A stretch of 64,000 nt of DNA from an uncultured bacterium (GTDB lineage: Bacteria > Babelota > Babeliae > Babelales > Vermiphilaceae), in NCBI GenBank assembly GCA_963702025.1, contig OY969699.1, positions 1,024,001 through 1,088,000 of the forward strand, in the 5' to 3' direction. Made by a program: the position numbers and the translations under genes. This document shows positions 10,068 to 20,286 of this stretch, one piece after another. The notes under the pieces were generated by a model, which had not been told where the DNA came from, ran no database searches, and saw only the letters and a list, made by a program, of their open reading frames with translations. Each line of letters opens with the position of its first letter. The first letter of the stretch is position 1.

Positions 10068-11078
10068 ATGAATCATTTGAAAATGTATAGTATTTTCTTG
10101 TGCGGTGCAATGTTCTTAGGCAATGCGCGAGCGCGCACCATCGATCCACAAACACGCACATTTCTTGATGCGTATTGCGCGCAAGATATACATCTTGCAG
10201 AAATTCCTCTTGTAGAATTTCGTGCTGATGAAACATTGTTTGCTCCGGAACAACCAATGCCGGTATTTAATGCCCAAGATATTTCTATCGAAGGCGATTA
10301 TGGGCCATTTGCCTTACGCATATATCAGCCAAAACAATCAGATAATCCACTGCCGATGCTTCTTTTCTTTCACGGTGGCGGATGGGTGTGGGGCAGTCTC
10401 AATAGCCACGATGGATTTTGCCGAGAATTGTGCATGCGTGCCAGCGTGATCGTAATTTCAGTTGATTATCATCGCGCGCCAGAATATAAATTTCCTGCAG
10501 CAATAAGTGACTGTTATACCGCGGTCTGCTGGGTTGCTCAAAATGGCAAGCAATTTGGTGGCGATACTTCGAGGATCGGTGTTATTGGCGATAGCGCCGG
10601 CGGCAATCTTGCCGTGGCAGTCTGCCTTATGGCGCGGGATCAACAGTTTCCGCCATTGCAGTATCAGATTCTTATGTATCCGGTGCTTGATTATAATTTT
10701 GAACGCCCATCATACCAAGAAAACGGGGCCGGTTATTTTCTTACCACACCAAATATGCGATGGTTTTGGCATCAGTATCTTGCTGATATTGAGAGCGATC
10801 AGAGCAATCAATATGCGGTGCCTTTACGTGCTGAAAATACTCATAATCTGCCACCGGCATTTTTGTTACTCGCCGAATTTGATCCGCTCCGCGATGAAGG
10901 ATTGGCTTATTATAAACGGTTGCAAGAGGTGGGTAATGATGCGCAATGCAAGATCTATAATACTATTCACTGCTTTATCGGTTTTGGGCGTTATTTGGCT
11001 ATTGGAAGAGTAGCAATCGATGACATAATTGCATATATCGCATTAAAGAATAAGAACTTACAAAAAGCAGATGGTTAA
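10068..11078 (+). CDS. Esterase/lipase of the hormone-sensitive lipase family
   Basis: HGGGW, GDSAGGNL, FDPLRDEG, IHCF. Confidence 0.93.
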   Translation: MNHLKMYSIFLCGAMFLGNARARTIDPQTRTFLDAYCAQDIHLAEIPLVEFRADETLFAPEQPMPVFNAQDISIEGDYGPFALRIYQPKQSDNPLPMLLFFHGGGWVWGSLNSHDGFCRELCMRASVIVISVDYHRAPEYKFPAAISDCYTAVCWVAQNGKQFGGDTSRIGVIGDSAGGNLAVAVCLMARDQQFPPLQYQILMYPVLDYNFERPSYQENGAGYFLTTPNMRWFWHQYLADIESDQSNQYAVPLRAENTHNLPPAFLLLAEFDPLRDEGLAYYKRLQEVGNDAQCKIYNTIHCFIGFGRYLAIGRVAIDDIIAYIALKNKNLQKADG

Positions 11079-11716
11079 TCATGAGTATTTACCATAAGCC
11101 TATGAGTCTCAGGATTGTTTTGTGCTGGTAGATTGCCAAGCTCATTTTCCATTAAGAAAGTCATCTGTTGCACTGATAGCTCAAAATCATCATTGATGAT
11201 GCAATAATGATGCATTTTTTGCATTTCTTCATCAACAATTTCTTTTTTTGCTTGTTTGAGGCGCTTTAGAAGCTGTTCGGAATCTTCGCTATTGCGTTGA
11301 AGAAGACGTTTTTCAAGTTCATTGAGTGGAACAGTGAGCCAGATTAAAATCGCATTTTTAATCATTTGGGACATATTTTTTGTCCCGTTACGATCCAAAA
11401 TAACGATAAGATTCTTGCCGTCCCTGAGATCATCTATCAAAGAGCATGGACAGCCATATTGCTTATTTAAATAATCGTTGGTATCAATAAAAAAACCGGT
11501 TTCCTGCTTTGCCGCAAATTCTTCCTGCGTTATGAAGTGATAATCCTTTCCATGGACCTCAAAAGGACGAGGTGCTCGACAGGTATAGGTAATCACTTGA
11601 GATACCGATGCATGTCTTGCTATTTTTTGTATTGCTGCAGTAACCAAACTTGTTTTCCCGGAGCCACTTGGCCCATAGACTAAAAATAATTTACCTTTAT
11701 AATCTGCTTGGTTCAT
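11075..11716 (-). CDS. gmk: Guanylate kinase
   Basis: GPSGSGKT, TCRAPRPFEVHGKDYHF. Confidence 0.88.
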   Translation of the reverse strand: MNQADYKGKLFLVYGPSGSGKTSLVTAAIQKIARHASVSQVITYTCRAPRPFEVHGKDYHFITQEEFAAKQETGFFIDTNDYLNKQYGCPCSLIDDLRDGKNLIVILDRNGTKNMSQMIKNAILIWLTVPLNELEKRLLQRNSEDSEQLLKRLKQAKKEIVDEEMQKMHHYCIINDDFELSVQQMTFLMENELGNLPAQNNPETHRLMVNTHD

Positions 11717-11729
11717 AAGTTCTCATGAT

Positions 11730-12383
11730 TTAAGAATTATTTTTTTTCTCATTCATAATTTTCAAAGCAGCTTCTCTGGCGTTTAGATGAATGAATGCGA
11801 TATGGCTAGAAAGAGGTGTAAAACCATTTAGGTGTAATACTTGCTTGCAAGCAGTTTCAAGTGCAGCTTTATTAGCTTTTTCGAATGCATCTTTATATTG
11901 CTTTCGATTATCTATTATTTTTTGGATTGATGCTTTTAGTGAATCTTTTTTTGTTTGATATGAAACAAAGTCAAGATCGAGATTCTGATCAAAAAGAATA
12001 AATCGGGTTTCTTGAATAGTCTTTATATGGTCGGATGTAAAATCATTGAACGGGTTCTCTAGCCATTGTGCACCTTTATGTCTATCTTCATCGAGAATCT
12101 GTTCTTTGTGCTCAACTAACATGTTTATCACGCGCATTGCCTGGCTGTGGGGCAATGAATAATAAATGCCTTCTTTTTCTAAATCAGCAAAAACAACAGA
12201 ATTATTTACATCGATTGCAATGGTGCCGGAGATATATGCCTCAACAAATGATTTTGCTTGATGCATGTTCTGGGCAAGATCGAGCGTGGCCATTTCGCGT
12301 ATTCGTATTTTTGGTGAGGCGTTTTCCATGGGATAAAGAATGCTTATGAAGAGCAGTGATAGGGAGAAAAAATGTCTTTTCAT
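11730..12383 (-). CDS. Hypothetical exported protein
   Basis: Signal peptide ending YP-ME; no recognised domain. Confidence 0.7.
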   Translation of the reverse strand: MKRHFFSLSLLFISILYPMENASPKIRIREMATLDLAQNMHQAKSFVEAYISGTIAIDVNNSVVFADLEKEGIYYSLPHSQAMRVINMLVEHKEQILDEDRHKGAQWLENPFNDFTSDHIKTIQETRFILFDQNLDLDFVSYQTKKDSLKASIQKIIDNRKQYKDAFEKANKAALETACKQVLHLNGFTPLSSHIAFIHLNAREAALKIMNEKKNNS

Positions 12384-12481
12384 TGCAATATTCCTTTATA
12401 GGGTTGAAAAGTAAATTGTAGTTAATTGTAGCTATTGTTAATCAGAAGTAAAGAGTGTGTGATAACCTATAAAAGAAGATC

Positions 12482-12547
12482 GTTATTAAAGAGTTCTTTA
12501 ATAAGATAACAAAATCATCATAGTTATTAAAGAATCCTTTAATAAGA
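12482..12547. promoter_or_regulatory. Pair of palindromic operator-like repeats
   Basis: GTTATTAAAGAGTTCTTTAATAAGA (12482-12506) and GTTATTAAAGAATCCTTTAATAAGA (12523-12547), each an inverted repeat, 41 bp apart. Confidence 0.6.
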
Positions 12548-12640
12548 GGCGGGCAGTTTCTCAACTCATCATGGAATTCATTTTTCATTGATTTCATGAG
12601 AAATCATCATTAAGCTCTAAATATAATCGAAAACACAAAA

Positions 12641-14074
12641 ATGGAAAACATGGCAAATACCCCCTTTTATGGAAGAATTGACGAACTTAATCGGCTCAAT
12701 ATTTTATTGAACAAAAAATCCTCTAGTTTGATAGTGATTAAAGGAAGAAGGCGGATTGGCAAAAGCCGTCTTATTGCGGAATTTAGCAAAGAATTAAACT
12801 CATTAATGTTTATCGGTTTGCCGCCGGAAAAAAACATTACCGCGCAAACACAGCGCGACTATTTTGTACAACAAATGCAGCGATTATTAAAGATTGGGGA
12901 AATTAAAACGGACGATTGGGGAGATATCTTTTGGCGCCTTGCACAAGAGACTGCCCATGGTCGGGTGATACTGGTTCTTGACGAAATTAACTGGATCGGT
13001 TCTTTTGATCATACTTTTTTGGGAAAATTAAAATCCGCATGGGATCTGTATTTCAAAACTAATCCCCAACTGATATTAATTCTGAGCGGATCGATGTCCA
13101 GCTGGATCGATGAGAATATATTAAGCAGTACCGGTTTTATGGGAAGAATCTCACTTGAATTAACTCTCGATGAGCTGCCATTGCCGGTATGCAATCTTTT
13201 TTGGAGAAAGAAGGCAAAACTAATTTCCCCCTATGAAAAGTTTAAAGTGCTTTCGGTTACCGGAGGAGTGCCCCGTTACCTAGAGGAAATAGATCCCGAT
13301 CTTTCAGCTGAAGAGAATATTTACAACCTAGCCTTTACCAAAGGGGGCCTGCTTGTTCAAGAATTCGACCGGATTTTTTCAGATCTTTTTTCAAAACGGT
13401 CGCAGCGGTATAAGCAGATTGTTGAAAGACTCATCGAAGGAAGCGCAACACTTGATCAGATCTGTAATGCAATAGATTTGGAAAAGGGTGGTACTATAAG
13501 CGAATACCTTGAAGATTTAGTGGAAACCGGTTACGTCATTAAAGATCACACATGGAACATTAAGGATGGCCGGGAATCAAATTTATGTAAATTTCGCTTA
13601 AAGGATAACTATCTCCGTTTTTATCTGAAATATATTGAGCCTAATCACGCGCACATTGAAAAGAACAGAATAAAAAATCCGCCGGCTTGGACAACCATTA
13701 TGGGGATCCAATTTGAAAATTTGGTTCTGAATAATTTTCATCGTGCGTACGCACTTCTTGGCATTGATGCGAGTGAGGTTATTTATGATAATCCCTATTT
13801 TCAACGGGCAACCAAAGAGCGGTCCGGATGTCAGATTGATTATTTGATTCAAACCAAATTTAATACATTGTATGTTTGTGAAATTAAATTTTTAAAAGAA
13901 CCGATTGGTCCGGGAATTATCAAAGAAGTACAAGAAAAAATCGATCGGCTTTCTTATGCAAGAAATTTTTCCGTCAGGCCCATTTTAATTCATGTTAACG
14001 GGGTTAAAGATTCAGTGATTGAAAGAGATTTTTTTGCAAAAATAATCGATTTTGGGAAATTTTTGGCAAATTAA
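12641..14074 (+). CDS. AAA/archaeal-type ATPase with winged helix and C-terminal PD-(D/E)XK-like domain
   Basis: FYGRIDEL, GRRRIGKS, LVLDE, TGGVPRYL, QIDY...CEIK. Confidence 0.88.
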   Translation: MENMANTPFYGRIDELNRLNILLNKKSSSLIVIKGRRRIGKSRLIAEFSKELNSLMFIGLPPEKNITAQTQRDYFVQQMQRLLKIGEIKTDDWGDIFWRLAQETAHGRVILVLDEINWIGSFDHTFLGKLKSAWDLYFKTNPQLILILSGSMSSWIDENILSSTGFMGRISLELTLDELPLPVCNLFWRKKAKLISPYEKFKVLSVTGGVPRYLEEIDPDLSAEENIYNLAFTKGGLLVQEFDRIFSDLFSKRSQRYKQIVERLIEGSATLDQICNAIDLEKGGTISEYLEDLVETGYVIKDHTWNIKDGRESNLCKFRLKDNYLRFYLKYIEPNHAHIEKNRIKNPPAWTTIMGIQFENLVLNNFHRAYALLGIDASEVIYDNPYFQRATKERSGCQIDYLIQTKFNTLYVCEIKFLKEPIGPGIIKEVQEKIDRLSYARNFSVRPILIHVNGVKDSVIERDFFAKIIDFGKFLAN

Positions 14075-14097
14075 AAATCGCTTATGAGGAGTTTGCT

Positions 14098-15138
14098 ATG
14101 ATGCGTGTAATGTTTTTGAGCATTCTGCTTACGTGTACTAACAGTGTATGGCCTATGGAAAAAGTTGCAGAGCCGGCCAGCCCTAATCAACAGCTTTTTA
14201 ATGAATATGTTGCAGCCTGCCAAACCGGTAATGAGCGGGCGGTGTTAGATAAACTTGCTCAAGCAGATGAATATAGAAAAAAGATCTGTTGGTTTAGCCT
14301 TTTTTTTGACCAGGTGGCAGGGGATAGTGTTGCTAATGATAGTGTGCTTTGTGAGAATGGTTTACGAAAAACTGCGGTGAATGATACCATTCCCGATCTT
14401 ACTAAAATCAAACAAGCATTGAGCGATCTTTGTACCGAGTCTACCCTGCGGACTGTTTTACGAAATGTCTTATTATTTAAAACATTTGAGTTGGTTAAGC
14501 ACAAAAATGCAATAAAAAAATTGCTCGATGGTGAACGGCTCGATAAAGAAGTGTTGCGTGAAATTGCAACGGATGCAACGCGTCTGGCAGCCCCGGAGGT
14601 GATAGAATACATGATTGATAGATACCCTGCGTTGATGCTGGAAAAACGGGTTTGGCAATTTGCTTTTCATAATTATGGCGACAGTGCTCGATTTAAGAAT
14701 CCGAATCCTCAGGATATCTGGCATGAACCAAAATCATTGAGTTGTATAAAAAAGCTCCATGCTCATGCGCATGCATCGAATAAAATACCGCATACCCTCT
14801 TGCATGATCATGTGCGAGCCATTGAGCCAAGCGAAGCTGTTATTGCCTGGTTTTTAGAGAATGGATATAACCCCAATGAAAAAAATGAGCAGGGATACAC
14901 TGCATTGGATGTTCTTTATCTTGAGATTAATCAAATTGATAATGACGGCAGTGCCATACCTTCCCGGAGCGCTTTAGCAGCAGCGCAGAAATTAATAGAG
15001 GCCGGCGCGCGGTTTGGGTCTCGACAAAAAGTAACCCGTGTAATTGCGCAAGCGCTCAATAATCCTGATAAAAGAGATGTCGAAAAAATGAATATAAGGG
15101 AAATGAAGAAATTGTTGCAGGGAATGCAGCAACTTTAA
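14098..15138 (+). CDS. Exported protein with C-terminal ankyrin-like repeats
   Basis: Signal peptide; FLENGYNPNEKNEQGYTALD. Confidence 0.7.
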   Translation: MMRVMFLSILLTCTNSVWPMEKVAEPASPNQQLFNEYVAACQTGNERAVLDKLAQADEYRKKICWFSLFFDQVAGDSVANDSVLCENGLRKTAVNDTIPDLTKIKQALSDLCTESTLRTVLRNVLLFKTFELVKHKNAIKKLLDGERLDKEVLREIATDATRLAAPEVIEYMIDRYPALMLEKRVWQFAFHNYGDSARFKNPNPQDIWHEPKSLSCIKKLHAHAHASNKIPHTLLHDHVRAIEPSEAVIAWFLENGYNPNEKNEQGYTALDVLYLEINQIDNDGSAIPSRSALAAAQKLIEAGARFGSRQKVTRVIAQALNNPDKRDVEKMNIREMKKLLQGMQQL

Positions 15139-15235
15139 TTGCTGGTAGTGTAACTAAAAAAGATAGTTCAAACTAGTCTCATCTCTTGGTATACTGAAGA
15201 AAATAGCGACTAATCCTCCCAAAAATGAGAAATCT

Positions 15236-15466
15236 ATGGTAAAAAAAGGGCTTTATAAGCATTACAAAAATAAGCTATATGAAGTTATTGGCACTGCGCG
15301 CCACTCAGAAACATTAGAAGAATTGGTAGTGTACCGCGGACTGTATGATGACCCGAAGTTTGGACATCAGTCTCTCTGGGTTCGGCCGGCACAAATGTTT
15401 CTGGAAGAGATAGAGATTGATGGAGTTATGAAGCCACGATTTGAATATCAACAGCAGAATACATAA
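15236..15466 (+). CDS. DUF1653 family protein
   Basis: GLYKHYKNKLYEVIGTARHSETLEELVVY...WVRP..MF. Confidence 0.9.
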   Translation: MVKKGLYKHYKNKLYEVIGTARHSETLEELVVYRGLYDDPKFGHQSLWVRPAQMFLEEIEIDGVMKPRFEYQQQNT

Positions 15467-15481
15467 AAGGAAGATAATCAT

Positions 15482-15892
15482 ATGATTTTTATAAAACACG
15501 TTTTTTTTGTGATTGGTTTTTTGTTCATGATTCGGCTATGCGGTATGCACGAGGCTGAAAAGCTAGACGTATATCTTCATGATAAATTCACCATTAAAAT
15601 AGGAGAAGGTGGGCATGAGGAATCCCTACAACCTATATCCACCACTTATGGTTATTATCTTGATGAAGAAAGTGAAAAGATTATCAAATTTGTTGATGAC
15701 GAGTACAAAGCTGATCGAATAACACGTGAGATGTATCATCCTACTGAATATTTGCCGGGCCCTGGACCCAAAGGGGGGCGGATCCATGAGTTTATCTTTA
15801 AAGCGAAAAAAGCAGGAACTGCCCGGATCATTCTGAGAAATACACAAAAGCCGCAAGAAATAACAAAAATCTACCAGGTAACTGTTAATTAA
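15482..15892 (+). CDS. Exported chagasin-like (I42) protease inhibitor-fold protein
   Basis: Signal peptide; STTYGY and GGRIHEFIFKAKKAGTARIIL. Confidence 0.55.
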   Translation: MIFIKHVFFVIGFLFMIRLCGMHEAEKLDVYLHDKFTIKIGEGGHEESLQPISTTYGYYLDEESEKIIKFVDDEYKADRITREMYHPTEYLPGPGPKGGRIHEFIFKAKKAGTARIILRNTQKPQEITKIYQVTVN

Positions 15893-15902
15893 GAATAATC
15901 AC

Positions 15903-16508
15903 ATGTCAAAAATCCTCTATCTTGCATCAAAATCGGCATCACGTAAAATATTGCTACAAAAAGTTGGCATTCAGTTTCAAATCTTAGAACAAGATGCTGA
16001 TGAATCGCAATGCGATTGGGGCATGCCGCTTCACAAAGTGGTAGAAAGTATTGCGTTACAAAAAATGAATCATGTTATCATGCCGGCGGGCAAAGAAGGG
16101 CAGATTGCCTTTGTGGTTACTGCCGACACGTTGAGTGTTGATACCACCGGTGCTATTCGCGGCAAACCGGTTGACCGAGCCGATGCCTTGAACATGTTAC
16201 ACAATGCGCGCGGGGCCAATAATCTGTGCGGCACTGCATTTTGTTTGGATAAAAAAGTTTATCAAGAGGGCAAGTGGCACACGCAAAAAAGAATCCTTGG
16301 TTATGCGCAAGCATTCTATACTTTTGACATTCCCGATTCGTGTATCGATGATTATATTCGGGATGCGGAGGCTCTTAATGCTGCCGGCGCTATTAAAATT
16401 GAAGATGGTGCTCAGTTTGTTCAATCAATCAACGGATCATATACTGCCATTGTGGGCTTGCCGATTTTTGAATTGTGGCAGGCGCTGCGGGAGATCGGAT
16501 TTTTTTAA
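15903..16508 (+). CDS. maf: Maf-family nucleoside triphosphate pyrophosphatase
   Basis: LYLASKSASRKILL, TADT, GKP, GSYTAIVGLP. Confidence 0.92.
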   Translation: MSKILYLASKSASRKILLQKVGIQFQILEQDADESQCDWGMPLHKVVESIALQKMNHVIMPAGKEGQIAFVVTADTLSVDTTGAIRGKPVDRADALNMLHNARGANNLCGTAFCLDKKVYQEGKWHTQKRILGYAQAFYTFDIPDSCIDDYIRDAEALNAAGAIKIEDGAQFVQSINGSYTAIVGLPIFELWQALREIGFF

Positions 16509-16523
16509 TGAACTTCCCTATTT

Positions 16524-16660
16524 TTAAATAAAATACCTCGCTTTGGGTAATGTGAGTAATGGAGAAGTTTCATTTTTTTGCTCTTGCAGTAGTTCCATTG
16601 CATGAACAGTCCCAACGTTGTTATAAAAAGTGGTATAAATAATAGTTTTTTGAATGTCAC
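16524..16660 (-). pseudogene. Frameshifted, truncated remnant of an exported F-box-like gene
   Basis: GTG start: MTFKKLLFIPLFITTLG, frameshift, TVHAMELLQEQKNETSPLLTLPKARYFI*; leader resembles MKRLLFIPLLFTLGCPAMEL of the 37676 gene. Confidence 0.6.
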
Positions 16661-16751
16661 GATTTCTCTCATTAAATTAATTTTTTCTTAGCAAGAAATA
16701 ATTCTACGAATTTATTTTTGCGGATTGCGTAGTCAACCGCGGTTACGCCAT

Positions 16752-17207
16752 TTAAATCGGGCATATCACTGTCTGCGCCGTGATTAAGCAAGAGGGTATT
16801 AAATAAGCCGGACCCAGATCAATTACTCTTTTTAATAAAGCGTTCGAATATTTATTAAAATCGACAAAATCTAAGAAGATGATATCTAATTCTTTGGTTA
16901 AACGGCTAATATGTACTGCCATTGTATGCGGGACTCTTTGGAATTTAGATTCCGTATCTTGAAAGATATTTACGAATGAATATGTTTCATTATATATTTG
17001 TTCATCAACGTTCTGATAGTCGCGTTTATACCGTTCCTTCAGAATGATAATTGCTTCGAGATATGTTTTGCCTTGTGCCTGAAGAGCATTCAAGTCAGAG
17101 TTTATTTTTGTTCTGGATATTCTTTCTTGTGGCAAATCCATGCTGTGTGTTAAGGAAGTGGCAAGCAATGGTGTAAGTATTAACAGTTTGATTTTCCTGT
17201 GTTCCAT
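16752..17207 (-). CDS. Hypothetical exported protein
   Basis: Signal peptide ending HS-MD. Confidence 0.65.
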   Translation of the reverse strand: MEHRKIKLLILTPLLATSLTHSMDLPQERISRTKINSDLNALQAQGKTYLEAIIILKERYKRDYQNVDEQIYNETYSFVNIFQDTESKFQRVPHTMAVHISRLTKELDIIFLDFVDFNKYSNALLKRVIDLGPAYLIPSCLITAQTVICPI

Positions 17208-17771
17208 CTATATTAATTTTTCTTTTTTAAAGACAAGCAAATCTAATTGGTTTTTTTCTAAGGCAATATCGTAGGCGGATTTGCCATCTTGATTTGGTAC
17301 AAAGATGTCAGCGCCATTGTCTAAGAGAATTTTTAATTTACAGGGGTATTGGATAAGTACTTCTTGAAGCAATGTTTTCTTTTGATTTGGTATATTTATG
17401 TCTATGCCAGTTTTAATGTGTGTTTTTAAAACTGCTTCAAATGAAGGGTAAAAATAATAACTTCCTTCTATGAACTTGTTGATTGCAGCATGTTGCAATT
17501 TTTGATTATCACATTCTTTAAATAGACTGACAATCATTCTTGCATGCTCAAGCTTGCCGATTAATAAATAAAGTTCATAATAATTAATTAAATCATCTAT
17601 ACTCGATTGCTCCCCTGATTTTATGAGCTGTTTCAAATAATCTAAATTATTTTCTATAAGTGCTGAGGTTATTTTATTTTTAATCTCATCCTCAGGTTTA
17701 ATCATCGCCTGCGATGAAGCAGCTATAAGAAGTGATCCAAGCGCACTAAAAATAAGATTTTTATAATTCAT
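17208..17771 (-). CDS. Exported protein with ankyrin-like C-terminus
   Basis: LLDNGADIFVPNQDGKSAYDIA. Confidence 0.75.
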   Translation of the reverse strand: MNYKNLIFSALGSLLIAASSQAMIKPEDEIKNKITSALIENNLDYLKQLIKSGEQSSIDDLINYYELYLLIGKLEHARMIVSLFKECDNQKLQHAAINKFIEGSYYFYPSFEAVLKTHIKTGIDINIPNQKKTLLQEVLIQYPCKLKILLDNGADIFVPNQDGKSAYDIALEKNQLDLLVFKKEKLI

Positions 17772-17801
17772 AATGGTCCTCCAAATAATGGTTAATATTT
17801 T

Positions 17802-18770
17802 TTACTCAATTTTTTTAACTGTTTCATTATTTCTTAATAATTTTATGAAAATATCATCGCTTGGATATGGCAGGTCATGTGCAATACTCATCGCTGTTTG
17901 GCCATCGTTGGTGATAATCTGGGCATCCGCACCATGTACAAGAAGTAATTGCGCAGCCGGCACATTTTCATTATAAATAGCGTTCATTAACAAGGTATAG
18001 GAAGTTTGAGGGTCCTTAAGATTTGGATTACCCCCAGCGGCCAGAAGCAAATCTAAATACCGTGTGTCGTTGACATCTGTTGCCAGAATAAGCAATGGTT
18101 TTTGATAATGATCATTGCCCATCATATTTGGATCGGCGCCCGCTGCTAGCAGATTTTTGCATTGTGCGTACCAGTCATACTGTTTTGTGCTATTTTTGAA
18201 GGTATTAAATAATTCAAAAAGGTGCTCAGATAATTTGTTTTTGCAAAATTGTGGTGAATATACTTGAGCAACAACTTTCCATCCATTTAAAAATACTGCA
18301 TCATTAACTGTCAAAAGACCATATTTCAATTGCCAAAGAATTGCTTTTTTATGGTGCGGCTCTTGAATGAATTTCTTAAGCCATTCCATTGCGTGAGCAT
18401 TATTCAGTGAGAGAGCCATTAATATTTTTGATTCCGGTTTTGGCCTGTTATTAATAATACGTGAGATGAAATAATTAGTGTTAACCAAGCCGCGTATTTT
18501 CTTATTGGTTAGCTCTATAGATTTTAAGTTGTTTAATGCTTCGTTCGTGGTTTTTCCGATTGCGCCATATTCAAATATCAGCAGTAATAATTCATTCGGA
18601 AGTTGGAATAAGTAGCTTTCTGGAGCTTTATTTTCTTCGTAACAAGTTGTTTCAACCTTCTCAAGTATAGGTTTTTCCATGCTTACAAGGACATAGTTGC
18701 TGCAAAGGGCAAAGAGTGATATCAGCATCTTACAAGATTTGAATAGTCTATTCATAATAAATTTCTCCAT
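17802..18770 (-). CDS. Exported F-box plus ankyrin-repeat protein
   Basis: Signal peptide; LFQLPNELLLLIFEY (F-box-like); several LLAAGADPN-type repeats. Confidence 0.82.
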   Translation of the reverse strand: MEKFIMNRLFKSCKMLISLFALCSNYVLVSMEKPILEKVETTCYEENKAPESYLFQLPNELLLLIFEYGAIGKTTNEALNNLKSIELTNKKIRGLVNTNYFISRIINNRPKPESKILMALSLNNAHAMEWLKKFIQEPHHKKAILWQLKYGLLTVNDAVFLNGWKVVAQVYSPQFCKNKLSEHLFELFNTFKNSTKQYDWYAQCKNLLAAGADPNMMGNDHYQKPLLILATDVNDTRYLDLLLAAGGNPNLKDPQTSYTLLMNAIYNENVPAAQLLLVHGADAQIITNDGQTAMSIAHDLPYPSDDIFIKLLRNNETVKKIE

Positions 18771-18904
18771 TTAGTAGTTTTATCTGTATTTAATATCTAT
18801 TCTAAAGAAAAAAATACAAATTGCAATATTATGCATTGAAGTCGCTTAGGATTGGATAGGGTATTTGAGTGTGTATTTTGAGAGGTTTTAGGAGAAGGGG
18901 CATT

Positions 18905-18934
18905 AAAAAAGGCCCTCAAAAGAGAGCCTTTTTT
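18905..18934 (-). terminator. Rho-independent terminator (A/T tails on both sides)
   Basis: AAAAAAGGCCCTC-AAAA-GAGAGCCTTTTTT downstream of the 18997-19479 gene. Confidence 0.7.
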
Positions 18935-18949
18935 GAACATTTCTAATTA

Positions 18950-18987
18950 TCTCTCGACTCGCATGAATGCTCGCTCGAGACGAACGG
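18950..18987 (+). repeat. REP-like hairpin unit
   Basis: TCTC-TCGAC...GCTC-GAGA-CGAACGG. Confidence 0.6.
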
Positions 18988-18996
18988 AAGGAGGCC

Positions 18997-19479
18997 TTAG
19001 TTCATCATATTTTTGGTTGGTTTCCACCGTTTCAAGAGTTCTTTAAAGAGTAACTCTTGAGCATTCGCTTGTGGATACATTTCTGATTTGGCGGTCGCTT
19101 TTTCCAAGCTTGAGCGCACTGTGGCGTCATCACATACCTTTGAATCGATATGATCAACAGTTGGCATCAAATTCTTTTCTACTGCTCGTTGCGCCGCTTG
19201 TTCTTTAATAGATTCGATAAGCAGTGTTTCAAGCATGCTAAAAAATTCAATAATGCTGTGTTGTATCTCTTCAATCATCTCAGGATCAGCATTCACATCA
19301 CCCAGTTGTTCAAACTGTTTGATGTCCTCTTTTAATCCTGAGGCAAGAGCCTTGGATACCATTTTTTTTATTTTTTCGACATCATTTTCTAAAAGCCAAC
19401 GGAGCAAGCATAATAATTCATATGAAATTACAAATTGCTGCGCTTGGTTATTATTGCTATTAAATGAATCATTGTTCAT
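18997..19479 (-). CDS. Hypothetical protein
   Basis: 160-aa ORF co-oriented with hspR, AAGG-type RBS. Confidence 0.75.
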   Translation of the reverse strand: MNNDSFNSNNNQAQQFVISYELLCLLRWLLENDVEKIKKMVSKALASGLKEDIKQFEQLGDVNADPEMIEEIQHSIIEFFSMLETLLIESIKEQAAQRAVEKNLMPTVDHIDSKVCDDATVRSSLEKATAKSEMYPQANAQELLFKELLKRWKPTKNMMN

Positions 19480-19608
19480 ACCGCGGGTCCCTTTCCTTGG
19501 TTTTTTTGGTAACCTGATATCCCTGTATATCCTAGCTCTAACAATTTTAACAGGTCTTTAAAATAATTTTAACGAAGTTATTTAATAGTGCCTATAAGGG
19601 AGCGATTT

Positions 19609-20106
19609 TTATTCGTCATATTCGATTTCCCAGTCATCTGCTTCAAAGATTTTGCTTTGTGCTTCAGGATTCTGCTTGGTAGATGCTGGTTTAATCTGTT
19701 CCTGAGTGCTTACTGCTACATCTATGGCACTGTTGTTTTTAATTTTCATCAACTGTTTTGCCGCCGTGGAAACCACCTCTTTTGACTGTTCAATTTCCTG
19801 ATCAAGTTCTTTTTGTGATGTTTCAAAAATCTTGTTCATCTCTTTTTGCATCTTGCTCATCTGTTTTTTGAGCTTAAAAATCATCTGGACACCAGCTAAA
19901 TTAACCCCTAGTTGATGGGTTAAATAGATGATTTCTTCCAATTTATCTACATCTTCTTCAGAAAAAAGTCTGGTATTGCCCATCGATCGCTTGGGGTTAA
20001 TAAGACCTTCTTTCTCATACAAGCGGATCGTTTGCTGATGTACGGAAAACATCTTAGCAACTGCCGAAATGGAAAAATAACCTTTTTTTCTTTTTAACAT
20101 ATTCAT
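19609..20106 (-). CDS. hspR: MerR-family heat-shock repressor HspR
   Basis: SISAVAKMFSVHQQTIRLYEKEGLINPKRS.GNTRLFS...LT..LGVNLAGV. Confidence 0.85.
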   Translation of the reverse strand: MNMLKRKKGYFSISAVAKMFSVHQQTIRLYEKEGLINPKRSMGNTRLFSEEDVDKLEEIIYLTHQLGVNLAGVQMIFKLKKQMSKMQKEMNKIFETSQKELDQEIEQSKEVVSTAAKQLMKIKNNSAIDVAVSTQEQIKPASTKQNPEAQSKIFEADDWEIEYDE

Positions 20107-20238
20107 GGCAAAACCCTTTTAAAGGTTCCTGAATGGCCGGTTTAGTACTCATTTTCTGAATTTACCTAAGTATAGCATAACAAGCAACTTTTTGAATGAC
20201 CCCATAAAAGGGGGGGTTCCATGTGTCATATAAAAAAA

Positions 20239-20266
20239 TTGACAAACTGAATATTTTTGGCATAAT
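20239..20266 (+). promoter_or_regulatory. Sigma70-type promoter
   Basis: TTGACA-N16-CATAAT, then GGAGG RBS before 20287. Confidence 0.5.
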
Positions 20267-20286
20267 CAGAGTAATGGAGGTTTTTT

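Noticed and set aside
12482..12547. Mini-CRISPR reading of the twin repeats
   Set aside because: Only two units, 16-bp spacer, no cas genes
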